Below, in pieces: positions 9,426-22,220 of a DNA stretch of 64,000 nt. Origin of the DNA: Cyanophora paradoxa CCMP329 (Eukaryota > Plantae > Glaucophyta); the NCBI GenBank assembly GCA_004431415.1, contig QPMI01000169.1:1-64000 (forward strand), written 5' to 3'. A program made the translations under genes and the position numbers. Within the stretch, counting starts at the first letter, position 1. Each line of letters opens with the position of its first letter. The notes beneath the pieces are model-generated. The model worked only from the letters and a program-made list of their open reading frames with translations, had not been told where the DNA came from and made no database searches.

Positions 9426-11937
9426 ATGGAATCGAGCGAGGCGGGGCCGTCCTCGCCGCGAAGAGAGCTTCTGGAAGACAGAGGCGATGGTCTGACAGCA
9501 TCGGAGCCCGCGTACTCAGACGCCGACTCTGAGAATTTAGAAGAAGACCAGCGGCCGGCACACGGCGCAGCAGCTGGCGACGAAGAAGCAACAGGAGCCC
9601 AACATCCGGACGAAGGAGGCGGCACAGACGGTGCGCGGTTGTGTTTGCGCGTCGAGCCAAGCTTGCATGAAGTCACCCGCTGTAGGCCTGACAGAACACG
9701 ACGATGACGCCGAGTCGTACGTCGAAGCAAACAACGAGGAGCCAATGGATGAGGTCGAAGAGGAGCCCGCGCCTCCGCCGTACAACAGCGGGAACGACGA
9801 AGTGCGCCCGCCCTTGCCCGGGCGAACCGATGCCGGGGAGGCTCTCAGGATGCTCCTATAAGGTTGCGCCGCACACTAGATCTCTGATTCGCGGCCGCGC
9901 TGCAGCCGCAGGGCCACGCAGACCCCGACGAGGACGAGTTCCCGGACGACACGACGAAGGCGCAAGCAGCAGCAGGAAAGGACATCCAGGGGATACCGTG
10001 GGAGGGTCTTCTGTTCTCGCGCGTGCGGTATCGCGAGACGCGGCTGCGGCAGTACAAGAACTACGAGAACCTGCAGGCGAACCATGACCTCTACAGGAAT
10101 GTGCGCCGGCCGCCCGCCTTTGCCGAGACGGCGACGATGCGCTTCGATGGCTTTCGATGCTCATCGAGCGTGCGCTGCAGGACGTGACGCGCACGCGGCC
10201 CGATGGCAGCTTCTACGAGTTCCGGCACAACACGCGGCAGGTGCGGCCGAGCTCCCGGGGCTCCCGAGGCCGCAAGTCGGCCGGAGCGCCCATCGCCGTC
10301 GCCGCAGGTCCGATCGCACATCGTCCACTTCCAGCTGCGGAACCTCGTCTGGGCCACCTCCAAGCACGACGTGTACCTCATGTGTACGCGCCGGCCGCGC
10401 GCCCGCCGCGCCGCCACGCCCGACGCTGCGCGCGCGCCCCCGCAAGCAGACCAATACTCCATACTGCACTACAACCCCATCACGCGGAGGTCGAAGACGG
10501 TGCGGCGGGGCGGGGCGGGGCGAGGCGGGGCGGGGACGGTGGGGGGCGGCGACGTGAGGCGGGCGGGGCGGCAGGTGCTGAACCTCGGGGGAGGCCAGTG
10601 GGGCGTCGGGCGCGTGCAGATCTCCACCATGGTCGTCCGCGACAACGTGCGCCCCGCCGGCCCCGCCGGGGCGCCCCGGGGCGCGCCGGGGCGGGGCCGG
10701 GCGCGGCGCTGAGGGGCGTGGCGGTGGGGCCAGTTCCTGGTGGCCGGCGGCTTCCTCGGGGAGATGGTCATCAAGGACCTCGCCCGCGACGAGGTCGTGC
10801 GCCCGGCCCCCTCCCGCCCCCGCCCCCGCCCCGCGCCCCGCCGGCGCCCCGGGGCGCCCGACGCCGCGGCGGCAGACGTGGAGCACGAAGATCTCGCACG
10901 ACGAGAACGCCATCACGAACGCCATCGAGCTCTACCGAGCACCCGACGGCCGTCCGCCCGCCCCGCTCCCGCCGGCGAGAGGCGCCGCCTCAGGGGCGGG
11001 GCGCAGGGGTGCGGGTGGTGACGTCGAACAACGACTGCGTGGTGCGCATCTTCGACGCGGCGGCGTGCCAGCCCCTCCACTCCTTCCAGTTCCCCTGGGC
11101 CGTCAACGTGCGCCCACGCCCCGCCCCGCCCCGCCGCGGGGCCGGGGCCTCACGGGTGGGGCCAGCACACGACGGTCTCGCCGGACGGGCGGCTGCTCTG
11201 CGTCGTCGGCGACGACACGGACGGCATGATCGCCGACGCCTACACCGGGAAGCGTCCGCCCCGGCCCCGGCCCCGGCAGCGTCTCGCGAGGGGCGGGCGC
11301 CGAGGCTGACGGGGCCGGCGCGCCGGTCGCAGCGGTGGCGACGCTGAAGGGGCACATCGACTACAGCTTCGCGTCGGCGTGGCACCCGGACGGGCGGCTG
11401 GTGGCGACGGGGAACCAGGACACGACGACGCGGCTGTGGGACGTGCGCTACCCGAGCCGCTCGCTGGCGTGCCTGGAGGGCCGCATGGGCGCCATCCGCT
11501 CCCTCCGCTTCACCCCGGACGGCCGCTTCCTCGCCGCCGCCGAGCCCGCCGTCCGCCCCCGCCCCGCCCCGCCCCGCCCCGCCCGCCCCGCCCGCCCGCC
11601 CATGTGCCGCGCAGGACTTCGTGCACATCTACGACAGCGCCTCGGGCTACGTCCGCGAGCAGGAGATCGACGTCTTCGGCGCGCCCCCCCGCCGCCCCGC
11701 CCCGCGCGGAGCCGCGGGGCCGGGGCGACGGAGCGGCGCGGCGCAGGCGAGATCGCGGGGATCTCGTTCACGCCCGACGGCGGCTCCCTCTTCACCGGCA
11801 TCGCCGACCGCACCTACGGCCCGCCCCGCCCCGCCCCCAGCGCTACGCTCCCCGCGCTGACCCGCTCGGCGCCGGCAGGGAGCCTCCTGGAGTTCGAGCG
11901 CTGTGACCGGAGCCTCTTCCGCGACTGCCTCCTCTGA
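9426..11937 (+). CDS. WD40-repeat protein with acidic N-terminus (plant/fungal 'HFQLRNLVWATSKHDVY' family)
   Basis: IVHFQLRNLVWATSKHDVYLM, GHIDYSFASAWHPDG, ATGNQDTTTRLWD, GRMGAIRSLRFTPDG, AEPADFVHIYD, EIAGISFTPDG. Stop TGA 11935-11937. Confidence 0.9.
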
Positions 11938-12114
11938 GCGCCGCCCCGCCCCCTCCTCCGCCGCTTCTTCCCCCGCCGCCGCCCGCCGCCGCCCGCCGCC
12001 GCCCCCTGCACAGACATCTCGCCCCGCGCCCCGCTGTATCATACGCCCCCGCCAGCTCCGCTAGTCGAGCCTCCAGATGTGTAAGTAAAGATGTAAGAGG
12101 GAAGGAAGGCGTGT

Positions 12115-13570
12115 CTAGCTGCGGGGCCCCTTGGGGCGCCCCTTCTTCTCCTCCTCGTCCCCCTCGCCTTCCTCCTCCTCCTCGTCCTCCTCGACGTCCT
12201 CGAGGCGCTCGTCGGCCTCGTCGAGCTCGAGGTCGCCCGCCTCGCGCACCCCGGCGATCCGGAAGCGCGGCACCACGCTCTCCTCCCCCGCCCCCTCCTC
12301 CCCGGGCGGCGCCAGCGGCTGGGTGACGAGGCGGAGGATGCGGCGCTCGGGGCGGAAGCGCTCGGAGCCGGCGAGCAGGTCGGTCGTGCCCCGGCGGTAG
12401 AGCCCGAAGCGCTCCAGCGCCGACACCATCAGGTCGAACTCGAAGCGCACCCGCAGCCCCGGCCGCTTCATGATCTGCCCGCCCCCCCTCAGGGGCGCGG
12501 GGGCAGGGGGAGGGCAGGGGGCCGGCCTTGGAGTAGATGCCCATGATCTGGTAGAGGGGCGGGGGCCCGCCGTCGCGGTAGAGGCGCTCCACCGTGTCCA
12601 CGTCCTCCCGCCCCAGGCGGCAGTGGATGTGCAGGTAGTTCCCCTCGCCGTCCACGAAGGCCACGGGCATCTGCGGGGCGAGGGGCGGCTCGCTGGGGCG
12701 GGCGGGGGGCGGGGCGGGCGGGGCGGGGGCGGCACGGAGGAGCCGGGCTCGTCGCTGCCGTGGGCGAGGTCGGCCTCGACGATCGCGCGCCGCCGCAGCT
12801 CCACCACGTGCACCCCCCGCGTCTGCCCGCCAGCCTCGGCCTTGGGCGGGGCGCGGGGCGGGGGCCCTCGCGGGGGGCGGACCTCGGCGTGGACGTCGAG
12901 GAGCTGGCGGTCGGCGAGGGCGAGCTCGACGTGCGCCACCAGCTGGTCCGTCAGCATGTTCCGCAGCTCCCGGTCGTCCCCCTGCAGCCCCGGCATCCTG
13001 TAGTGGTCGAACAGCGCCCTGCCGCACCCTCAGCCGCCGACCGGGGCGCCCATAGGCACCGCCCGCCCCCTCGCGCGCGCGGCGCACTTATATGCGATCG
13101 CCCCGCCTTCCGAGACGTCGTCGTCGCTGCCGGTGCGTCGGCTCGGCGCCGCCGATGGCGCTCGCGCCATCGCGGGGGCCGGCGCACGCGATATTGAAGG
13201 TCCTAGAGAGATAAGCGGCGGTGACGCGCGGGAAGAGCGACCAGTGGAGCTCGTAAACGCGGTCCGCCTGCGGCGACGGTCAGGGCGCGCGAGAGAGCGG
13301 GCGGGCACGCGCTGGACAGCGCGCACCTTGTGAGGGTGAGGCATCGCGTCGAACCAGAACCTGCAGGAGAGCGGAGGAGTTATCAGCAGCCGCCGGCCGG
13401 TCGGGCAGCACGTCGCGGGAGGCGACCGACCGGTCTTGGTCGGCCCAGAGCAGATCCATGACCTCGGCGGGCGGCGGGTCGGCGGACGTCGACGCATACC
13501 GCCGTCCCACGCCGGCTACGTACGCGCAGCGCCGCGCCGGCTTGGTTAGCGCGCGTGCGAGGCGCAGCAT
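12115..13570 (-). CDS. Hypothetical protein, probable mitochondrial presequence, acidic C-terminus
   Basis: MLRLARALTKPARRCAYVAGVGRRYASTS (R-x-x cleavage-like). Coherent exons separated by typical short introns. Stop at 12115. Confidence 0.6.
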
Positions 13571-13734
13571 GGCTGCCCGCTGCGAGCCGCCAGAAGTCTT
13601 CTCTGCCCGTTTCTGAACTTCCGACAAGCCCGCTGAAGCCGCGTAGCGCTGATTGCGATGTCACGCCGATGTGACAGGCGGGGGTACGGCGGTTCGGTCT
13701 GATTCGTCGCCGGGCGGTTCGCAGCTCGGCTTTC

Positions 13735-16369
13735 ATGTTTGTTTCGACTTGCGCGGCTCCCGTAGGACGTAGTTTCTTCGCCAAGGCCGGAGCTATCTGC
13801 TCGGCGAAACCCGCGCAAGCGCGCACAGTCCTCCAGCGCTCACTCAGGCCTCGCGCCGTCTTCGGAGCGAGCAGCCGCTCCTCTTTCTTCGGCTCAGTTC
13901 GGCCTCTGCCCGTGTCGTTCATCCCCCGCTTCCTCACGAAGATGGCGGCGACCACCTCTGCGAAGGGTGACCTCACCCTCATCGAGACGGTGCGCGGGCG
14001 TCCCCGCAGCTCGTTCGAGCTCCTCGACGCGGCAGCTAACGGCGCGATCGCTTCCCGCCGCCCCTCGCCGCTCGCGCACAGATCGAGCACCGCGTCCTCG
14101 ACGCCCTCAAGAAGGCCTTCGGCGATGCCGTCAAGGACGCGAACCCGATGGTCACGCCGTCGTCCAAGCCCGAGTTCGGCGACTACCAGTGCAACGCCGC
14201 GATGCCGCTCTCCAAGTCGCTGAAGAAGCCGCCGCGCGCGATCGCGGAGGAGCTGGTGCGCGGGCGCCGCCGCGTGCAGCGAGGCGGGACGCTCGCTGAG
14301 GCGGCGGCGCAGATCAAGAACCTGGACGTGTCCGAGTTCTGCCTGGAGCCGACCATCGCCGGCCCGGGCTTCATCAACCTCACGCTCAAGGTGGAGTTCC
14401 TGCAGGACCGCATCCTCGGCATGCTCGTGCGCCCCGCCCGGGCCGCCGCCGCGCCGGAGCCGCGCCGACGCGCGCCGCCGCCAGCGCGACTCGGGCCTCG
14501 CTGTGCCCAAGGCGCCCGTGCCGAAGCGCGTCATCGTCGACTTCTCGTCGCCCAACATCGCCAAGGAGATGCACGTCGGGCACCTCCGGTGCGCGGGCGG
14601 GGCGGGGCCGGGGCGGGGCGAGGCGGCGGGGCGCTGAGGCGGGGTCCCCGCAGGTCGACGATCATCGGGGACTGCATCGCGCGCGTGCTCGAGTTCCGCG
14701 GGCACGACGTCCTCCGCCTCAACCACGTCGGCGACTGGGGCACCCAGTTCGGCATGCTCATCACCTATCTCCGCGAGGCCCGCCCCGCCCCGCCCCGCCC
14801 CGGCCTGGCGCCGGGGCGCGGCTGACGGGGGCGGGCAGGTGGCGCCGGCGGCGCTGACGACGGCGGACGCGGTGGACCTGGGCGACCTCGTCGAGTTCTA
14901 CAAGAAGGCCAAGGCGAGCCGCCCGGGGGGCCGCCGGGGCGGGGCGGGGCGGGGCGGGGGGGCTGAGGGGGGCGGCAGGTGCGCTTCGACGAGGACGACG
15001 ATTTCAAGGAGCGCTCGCGCAAGGAGGTCGTCCGCCTCCAGTCGGGCGACGCCGAGGCGCGCCACGCGTGGAACCTCCTCTGCGAGCAGTCCCGCCGCGA
15101 GTTCCTCAAGATCTACAAGCTGCTGGACATCCGCGTGGAGGAGCGGGGCGAGTCCTTCTACAACCCCATGCTCCACGACATCATCAAGGAGCTCGAGGAG
15201 AAGGGCCTCCTCGAGGAGGACCAGGGCGCCAAGGTCGTCTTCCTCGACGGCTACACCAACAAGGAGGGCAACCGCCAGCCCCTCATCGTCCAGAAGTCCG
15301 ACGGCGGCTTCATCTACGCCACCACGGACCTGGCGGCGGTGAAGCACCGGGCGCAGACGGAGAAGGCGGAGCGGATCCTCTACGTGACGGACGTGGGCCA
15401 GTCGACGCACTTCGCGCAGGTCTTCCAGGTCGCCCGCCGCGCCGGCCTCGTGCCCCCCGAGGTCGAGGTCGAGCACGTCCCCTTCGGCCTCGTCCAGGTC
15501 CGGCCCCCCCGCCCCCCTTCCCTGCCGCCCGCCCCCCTTCCCTGCCGCCAGCCCCTTGGGCCTAGCCCCCTGGCCCCGACGCCCCCGCCGTGCTACGTCT
15601 CTTGCACCCTCATGCCCCCTTCACGCCTCCCCCTCGCCCTCGGGCCGACGGCCTGGCCTCGGGGGCGCAGGGGGAGGGCGGGAAGAAGCTGAAGACGCGC
15701 GCCGGGGACACTGTGCGGCTGATCGACCTGCTGGAGGAGGCGGTGGAGCGCTCGAAGGAGGACCTGGAGAAGAAGATGGCGGAGGAGGGGCGCACCGAGG
15801 ACGCCGCCTTCGTCGAGGAGGTCTCCCGCGTCGTCGGCCTCTCCGCCGTCAAGTACGCCGACCTCTCGTGCAACCGCAACTCGAACTACATCTTCTCGTT
15901 CGACCGGATGCTCGCCCTCAACGGCAACACCGGGCCCTACATGCTCTACGCCTTCGTCCGCATCCAGGGCATCGCCCGCAAGGGCGGCGTCGACCTCGAC
16001 GCCCTCGCCGCCGACAGCGCGCCCCTTTGCTTGCTCCTCCCCCGCCCCCGGCCGGCCCTGACGCGGCGGCGCGGCCCCGCAGAGTCGCTGAAGATGGTGC
16101 TGGCGGACGAGGGGGAGCTGGCCCTGGCGCGCCACCTGGTCTCCCTCGCCGAGATCGTGGCGTCGGTGGAGAAGGAGCTGCTGCCGAACCGGCTGTGCGC
16201 CTACATCTTCGACCTCTCCTCCAAGTTCAACCAGTTCTACGACCGCTGCAACGTCCTCAACGCCGACGAGCCGACCCGCACCTCCCGCCTCCTCCTCTGC
16301 CACGCCACCGCCAAGACCATCAAGCTCGTCCTCGGCCTCCTCGGCATCGACACCCTCCAGCGCATGTAG
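13735..16369 (+). CDS. argS: Arginyl-tRNA synthetase with N-terminal transit peptide
   Basis: [92 protein letters not shown], ending LGIDTLQRM*. Confidence 0.97.
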
Positions 16370-16419
16370 CCGCCCCGGGCCCCCGCCCCCGTGTCGAACA
16401 TTCCCGTTTGCTGCTTTCC

Positions 16420-18684
16420 CTACACTTCCGAGATGCGCATGCGGCGCGGGGCCCTGGGGGCGGGCGGGGGCGGGGGCGGGGGCGGGGCCGGGGCCGGGGC
16501 GGCGGGGGATGGGGCGGGGCCTGCCCCAGGGCGAGGGCCCGCAGCGCCCCCAGGATCTCCTCGTCCGACGCCCCCGCCAGCGCACTCGCGTCCACCCCGG
16601 GGGCGCACGGCGGCGCCGGCGGCGCGGGTGCCGCGGCCGGCCGCTTCGGCGGGGAGGCGGGGAGGGGCCGCTGGCGGGGCCGCTGCGGGGAGGAGGGGCC
16701 GGCGGGGCAGGGCGGCGCGACGTCGGCGGGGGAGCGGATGGGGGCGGGGGCGGGGCGGTGGCTCCTGAGGGTGATGCGGAGCTCGGGGGGCCGGCCGGGG
16801 CCGGCGGGGCGGAACTCGGCCTCGGGCTCGTCGGCGGCCTCCGGGCCCGGCGGGGGCCCGCGAGGGGCAGCTCGAGGGTGTGCACGTCGCCGGCCGCGAC
16901 GAGGAGGGCGGCCGCCTCGTGCCCCCCCGGCCCCGCCCACGCCTCCAGGTACGCCTCCACCTCCCCCGCCCGCGCCACCCCGGGCAGCTCCACCCGGAGC
17001 CAGCTGCCGGCCGCCCCCAGCGGGCCCCACTCGAACGCCGGCGCCGCCCCGAGGCCGCGGGGCACGAGCGCGGGGGCGGCGTGGAGCCTGCGGTAGAAGA
17101 GGAGGTACGCGCAGCTGGCGAGGACGCGCTCCACCGGCGCCTCGCTCACGCGGGCGTCGTCGAAGCAGAGCCAGCGCGCCCCGCCCTCCGGCCGCACGTA
17201 CGCGTAGTAGTGCCTGCGGGGCGTCACGGGGGCGGGCGCGGGGCGCGAGGGGCGGGGCGGGGCGGACCCCGCCTGCACCGAGGGGCCCTCGTGGACGACG
17301 ACGGCTGCGGCGAGGCGCGAGTGAGGGGCCGGGCGGGAGACACGCGAAGAGCTTGCTTCTCTCCGTGCGGCAGGGGCGGGGCCGGGGACGGGGAGGCAGA
17401 CCGTAGAGCTGGTAGCGGGCGGGGCGGTGGTGGGAGGGGACGAGGAAGGGCGCCAGGTCGAGCTCCTCCTCGAAGGCGACGTGCCGCGACACCTGCGGTC
17501 ACGTCGGCCCCCGCCGCGCCCGCCCCTCCCGGGCCCCCGGCGCGCCGCACCTTGACGCCCCCGCTCGCGGCGAGCATGATGTGGAGGGGCGAGGCCCCCC
17601 GCCGCCGCATCGCCTCGGGGTCGAACGAGAAGCGCTTCAGGTGCAGCGTCAGCACCTGCGCGCGGCTCGCGGCGGCCCGGGCCGGGGCGGGGGACGCTGG
17701 CACGGGGCGGGGCGGGGCGGGGCGGGGCGGGCCTCCGGGGGCCGGAAGACGGCGTAGGACTTGCGGCTGCGGACGCGCTTCTCGCACTTCTCGCAGGTGT
17801 AGAGGCCGTGGGACTCGTCGAGCAGCTCCGGCGCCATGAAGTGACGCAGCGCCTCCGACACGCTGCGCCGCGAGCGTCGGGCGGGGCGGGGCGGGGCGGG
17901 GCGCGGGGAGGGCGCGCGGGGCGTGCCTGGAGATGCGGTCGTCGGAGACCTCGAGGGAGAGGTCGAGGGCGGCCTCCCAGGTGCGGGAGACGCGGCGGCA
18001 CTCCAGGCACGCCACCCGCGACTCCAGCACGCCCCCGAAGATCCGGTGCACCGCCGACGTCTCGGAGACGCGCATCGGGAGCTTCCGCGCGCCCATCGGC
18101 TCCCCGTCCCGCGCCAGCGCGTCCAGCAGCGCTCGCAGGAACTCCTGCGCCCCCGCGGCTCGGGCCTGGCGGCAGCGCACGCGCATGCGCGTGCGCGGAC
18201 GCATTCAACGGCGGCCCCTCACCTGCGCGTCCTCCTGGCGCCCCAGCTTTAGCGTCTACGAGCGAGTCAGTTGGGCCCGACTGCACCTCGACTGCAACAG
18301 ACCGACCTTCGCCAGCTTTGGCAAGTTGTGCATCAGTCCAGTCGGGCTCAGCGAAGACGCGCGCGAGCCCAGCGACAACTTGGACAGCTTGATGAGCTCG
18401 CATCTGCGCAAGCGACTTGAGGTCGAGATTGCAGCCGGCCGGGCTCATCGCTGCGCTTACACCGGACACCACTCCCTGCTGCAGCCGGAGTGTCCTCGCT
18501 CGCAATCGCCGCGCAGCCAGTTTGTCAGAGCGCGGGTGTGCAGGAGCGCTTGGAGGGAGGCATTCGCATAGCACGTCGCCCCAAGATTGGCCAGGCCGAC
18601 GCCGACATCGACAACGGGCGTGGAGACGAGGGCGCGGACCCGGTCGTACGGATAGAGCACCGCGAGCGGCGGGTCGAAGTCCAT
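16420..18684 (-). CDS. Ubiquitin-specific protease (peptidase C19, USP17/36/42-like) with C-terminal extension
   Basis: Cys box GLANLGATCYANASLQAL, QEDA-QEF, IFGGVLESRVACLEC, LTLHLKRF, YQLY, HEGPSVQAG-HYYAYVR, FDDARVS, AYLLFY. The 3' end is approximate because of frameshifts in the GC-rich exon. Confidence 0.85.
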
Positions 18685-19085
18685 TCTACGAGAATGGAGG
18701 CAGTGGCGCCGGCGTTCATGCGCCGCAGACACCGCTTTTCACGCTGCCGAGAAGCGCCAGCGAGCTCGGGCGTCTGCGAGGCGTATATACGTAGACGCCA
18801 GCGCGATTGTTGGAACCGCCGGGATCTGAACCCTCATCTCGGAGACGGCAAAAAGTGCCAGCATCGCCGTGGTGGGTCGAGATTACTTGGCGACACAAGT
18901 CCAAGAGCAAGCTTGAAGCCAAGCTGCCCCTCAGCAAGCCAGCAAGTCCAAGCCAGCAGCAACCACGCCAGGCCGGCGCGCCGTAGCGCTTGAGCCCAAG
19001 CATACGTTGGTAGTCGTGTGTGTCGCTTGTACAGTGGTAGAATCTGCCGGCTGTGCGCAGCCCGGAGGTAGCGCAGCCGGGTGCA

Positions 19086-19810
19086 ATGGGGCTCTTCGGC
19101 AAGTCAAAGAAGGCCGCGGGGTCTGAAGCAGATGTGGAGGCTCCGGCCTCGCCTGCAGAAGGTCCGCGTGCCGGGACACCATGTGCCAGCCCCCAGCTCC
19201 TGATCACAACCCATCCAGAATCAGTGCCGAGCGTGCCGGCGGCGAGGCTGATGGGGCGCGCGGCTTCGACGGCGGCGGGGGGCGCGCCGGCGGCAGGGGA
19301 GGGCGCGGAGAAGACGAAGAAGGCGGGGCGGCTGCGCTCTGCGCTGGCGTCGATGGTCGCGGTGCAGGAGGCGAAGCCCGAGGGGGCCGAGGCGGAGGCG
19401 GCGCCGGCCGAGGACCCGGAGGCGAAGAAGCGGGAAGAGGAGTTCCGCGCCAAAGTCAAGGAGGAGTTCGAGCGGATGATGAACTCGAGCGTCTTCAGGG
19501 TCGAGAAGCACTACGAAAAGGCCGTCGTGCGCCCCGCCCCGCCCCGCCCCGCACCGCCCCGCCCTCGCCCACCCGCCCTCCCCCGCCTCGGAGCGCTGAG
19601 GGGCGCCCCCCACGCGCGCAGGAAAGCATGGAGAAGCTAGTACAGGAGAAGCTGGCGGGGCGGGGGGCGGCCTCGGCCGCCCCCGCCCCGCCAGTCCCCG
19701 AGGGAGCCGTGCCCCCGGCGAGCGCCGCAGGGGCCATCCCCGCGGCCGCGGCCCCCCTCCCCTCGAACCGTGTCATCGGGGCCCGGCACTCCATCACGGC
19801 CAAAGTATAG
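19086..19810 (+). CDS. Small hypothetical protein, predicted N-myristoylated (MGLFGKSKK), with coiled-coil segment
   Basis: ATG 19086; REEEFRAKVKEEFERMMNSSVFRVEKHYEKAV|ESMEKLVQEKL; typical introns; stop 19808-19810. Confidence 0.6.
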
Positions 19811-20614
19811 CAGCATGTGCGAGCGTTCATGCGATCGCTCGTCTTCGGAAGGACCACAAGCTCAGCGGCTGAAGCTGGAGGGGCACGCGACTAGGCTACG
19901 GATGTGGCCCAGTGGGGCTTGCTACGGAGCCTGCGGTGCCCCTCAGGGCCCTCACGGCCTCCCTGCGCTACAGTGCACTGAGCTAGCGTAGCAAACTCAC
20001 TGAGCCACGTTGACGCGTACGTATACGCTGATACTGACGCGACACCGCGGGGCCGGTCGCGGCCTTCTGGGCTTGGAGACCAATACTAGAAATGAACACT
20101 ACGTATACTGAAGCCTCATGATCCGATGATCAGGCCCTGGGGCCTGCATAAATTACTTTGAAAAAAACAACCCAACTACGTATACGATACTACTATGATA
20201 CCGTACACGTACGCGCGCGTACGTACAACTTGCAATTGGCAAATTAAAGAAATAATACTAATAAAGCACCTTGGCAAAGTTGCCGTAAACTAGGCGACGA
20301 GCGCAGTGCGCTGCATCTATCTAGTGAACTGAAGCTAACAAAATGCAAGCATAGCTCGCATAAGTATTTGGGTACTACGGTAATGCTCACTGGCGCGAGA
20401 AAAATTCAACACGCCATTGAATACTACCGTAGTACGCCTGGCGATTAATGAATTCGAAGTGACGCGGCAAGCCTTGAAGTCTAGTACTGTACATGCAGTT
20501 GGAAGCTGAAATAGAGTCTTAAGCGCTCAGCGGCTAGCCGCTGCGCAGGGAAATTTTAATGAAGAGAAGCGGGCGGGACGCGTGGGCGTGTTGCGGCTCG
20601 GGATGCGGGGAAGC

Positions 20615-22220
20615 TCAGGCGGCGCGGGAGGCGGCGGCGTTGGCCTTGCGCTGCTTGTAGTGGACCTGGCACTGCATGTCGACCATGATGTCGCGCTTCG
20701 GCCCCCCGGTGCCCGAGAAGCAGAGCTCCTCGACCCAGGCCGTGTTCTGGCAGAGCGCCTTCTCCGCAATCTTCGCCTTCGTCGTCTCCCGGAAGAGCCC
20801 TGAGGGCGGCGGCGGCGTCGGGCGGGGCGAGGGACGGTGGGCGGGGCGGGGCGGGGCGGGGGCGCGGACCGACGAAGTGGTGCTTGCCGTTGATGACGAC
20901 GGGGAGGCTGACCGCCAGCTGCGCGTTGAAGAGCGTCCCGTCCGACCGCACCGCAGGCACCTCCCTGGCGCCCCCGGCCTCGGCCCCCGGCCCGGGCCGC
21001 CGCGCGGGGGAGAGGGCACCGGCCGAAGCCGATGACGGAGGGGAGGCGGGTCTCGATGTAGCGGTCCAGCGTCGCCTGGTGCGCCTTGCGGAACTGGGGC
21101 GGCATCAGCACCTCCACCCTGCCCCCGCCCCCCGAGTCGAGTCGGCCCCGGGGCGGGCCGGGGCGGGGGCCGGGTGGGGCGGGGGGCGGGGCGGACCGGC
21201 CGCCGACGGCCTCGGCCTCCTTGTAGCCGAACATGTTGCAGGCGTGGCGGTTGAAGGAGCGGATGACGCCGGTCTCGTCGATGATCACGACGGCCTCGCA
21301 CGAGGTGTCGATCAGCGCCGTCCGCTTCATCTCTGACCGCTGGATCGCCGCCTGCAGCCGCGTCCACTCGTCCGTCCTCTCCTGCAGCCGCCGGAAGAAG
21401 CACAGGTACGCTGCGGCCCGGCGTCGGACGGGGCGGGCCGCGGCAGCTGCAGCAGGGCTCGAGGGGGGGCACCTGGCGGGGCGGCGGGCCCCTCGGGGAG
21501 GACCTCGAACATCTCGAGCTCGAAGACCGGCTTCCCGAACACCCCCGTCCGCCCCGTCGCCTCTGCCCGCCCCGCCCCCTCAGCGGACCCCCACTCGCGC
21601 GCATGCAGGCCTAGGGGCGGGCGGCGGGGCGGGGCGGACCGGCGGCGTCGCCGTCAACGTTGAGCATGGCGAGGCACTTGAACTGCGCGAACTCCTGCAG
21701 CGCAGTCCCCTGCGCCACCTGCCCCGCCCCCCGCTCGCCCGCCGCCCGCGCCGGCGCGGGGGGCGCGAGGGCGCGCGGGGCGCCTGGCCGGGCGCACCTT
21801 GACCATGCGCGAGTCCTTGAAGAAGGTCACGCTCTCCGCGATGCTCCACAGCGTGGGCGCCGCGCCCTCGCCCTCGCCCTCCGCCCGGAAGTTGAGCGCC
21901 TCCGTGGCGAGCCGGTTCGCCTTGACGAGGTGGCCGTCGTTCGCGAGCAGCGCCGCCGCCTTGTCCGCGAAGCTGTCGACCTGCGCAGCGCCGCCGCCGG
22001 TGTCAAGGGGCGCGCCCGCTCCCGCCGGCACATGCACAGCGGCCGGCACCATGGCGGCAGCGTCCACGGGCACGACCTTCTTGGCCACGGAGATGCTGGG
22101 GTGGACCTTGTAGGAGGAGGCGCGCGGCTCGCCCTGCGACGCCGCCTTCGAGTTCCCCGAGTTGTTCGACCCGTTCGAGCCGCCTGAGCCCGGCCGCTTG
22201 CTGGATGCTGCCGCCCCCAT
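20615..22220 (-). CDS. PAS-domain protein (FixL-like PAS), N-terminal myristoylation motif
   Basis: MGAAASS start. AVVIIDETGVIRSFNRHACNMFGYKEAEAVG-RVEVLMPPQFRKAHQATLDRYIET...REVPAVRSDGTLFNAQLAVS. A second, degenerate PAS lies upstream (LLANDGHLVKANRLA). Confidence 0.8.

Noticed and set aside
15593-18574. 993-aa and other very long Arg/Pro/Gly-rich ORFs throughout the window
   Set aside because: These are stop-poor shadow frames from extreme GC content and intron read-through. The real proteins emerge only after splicing.
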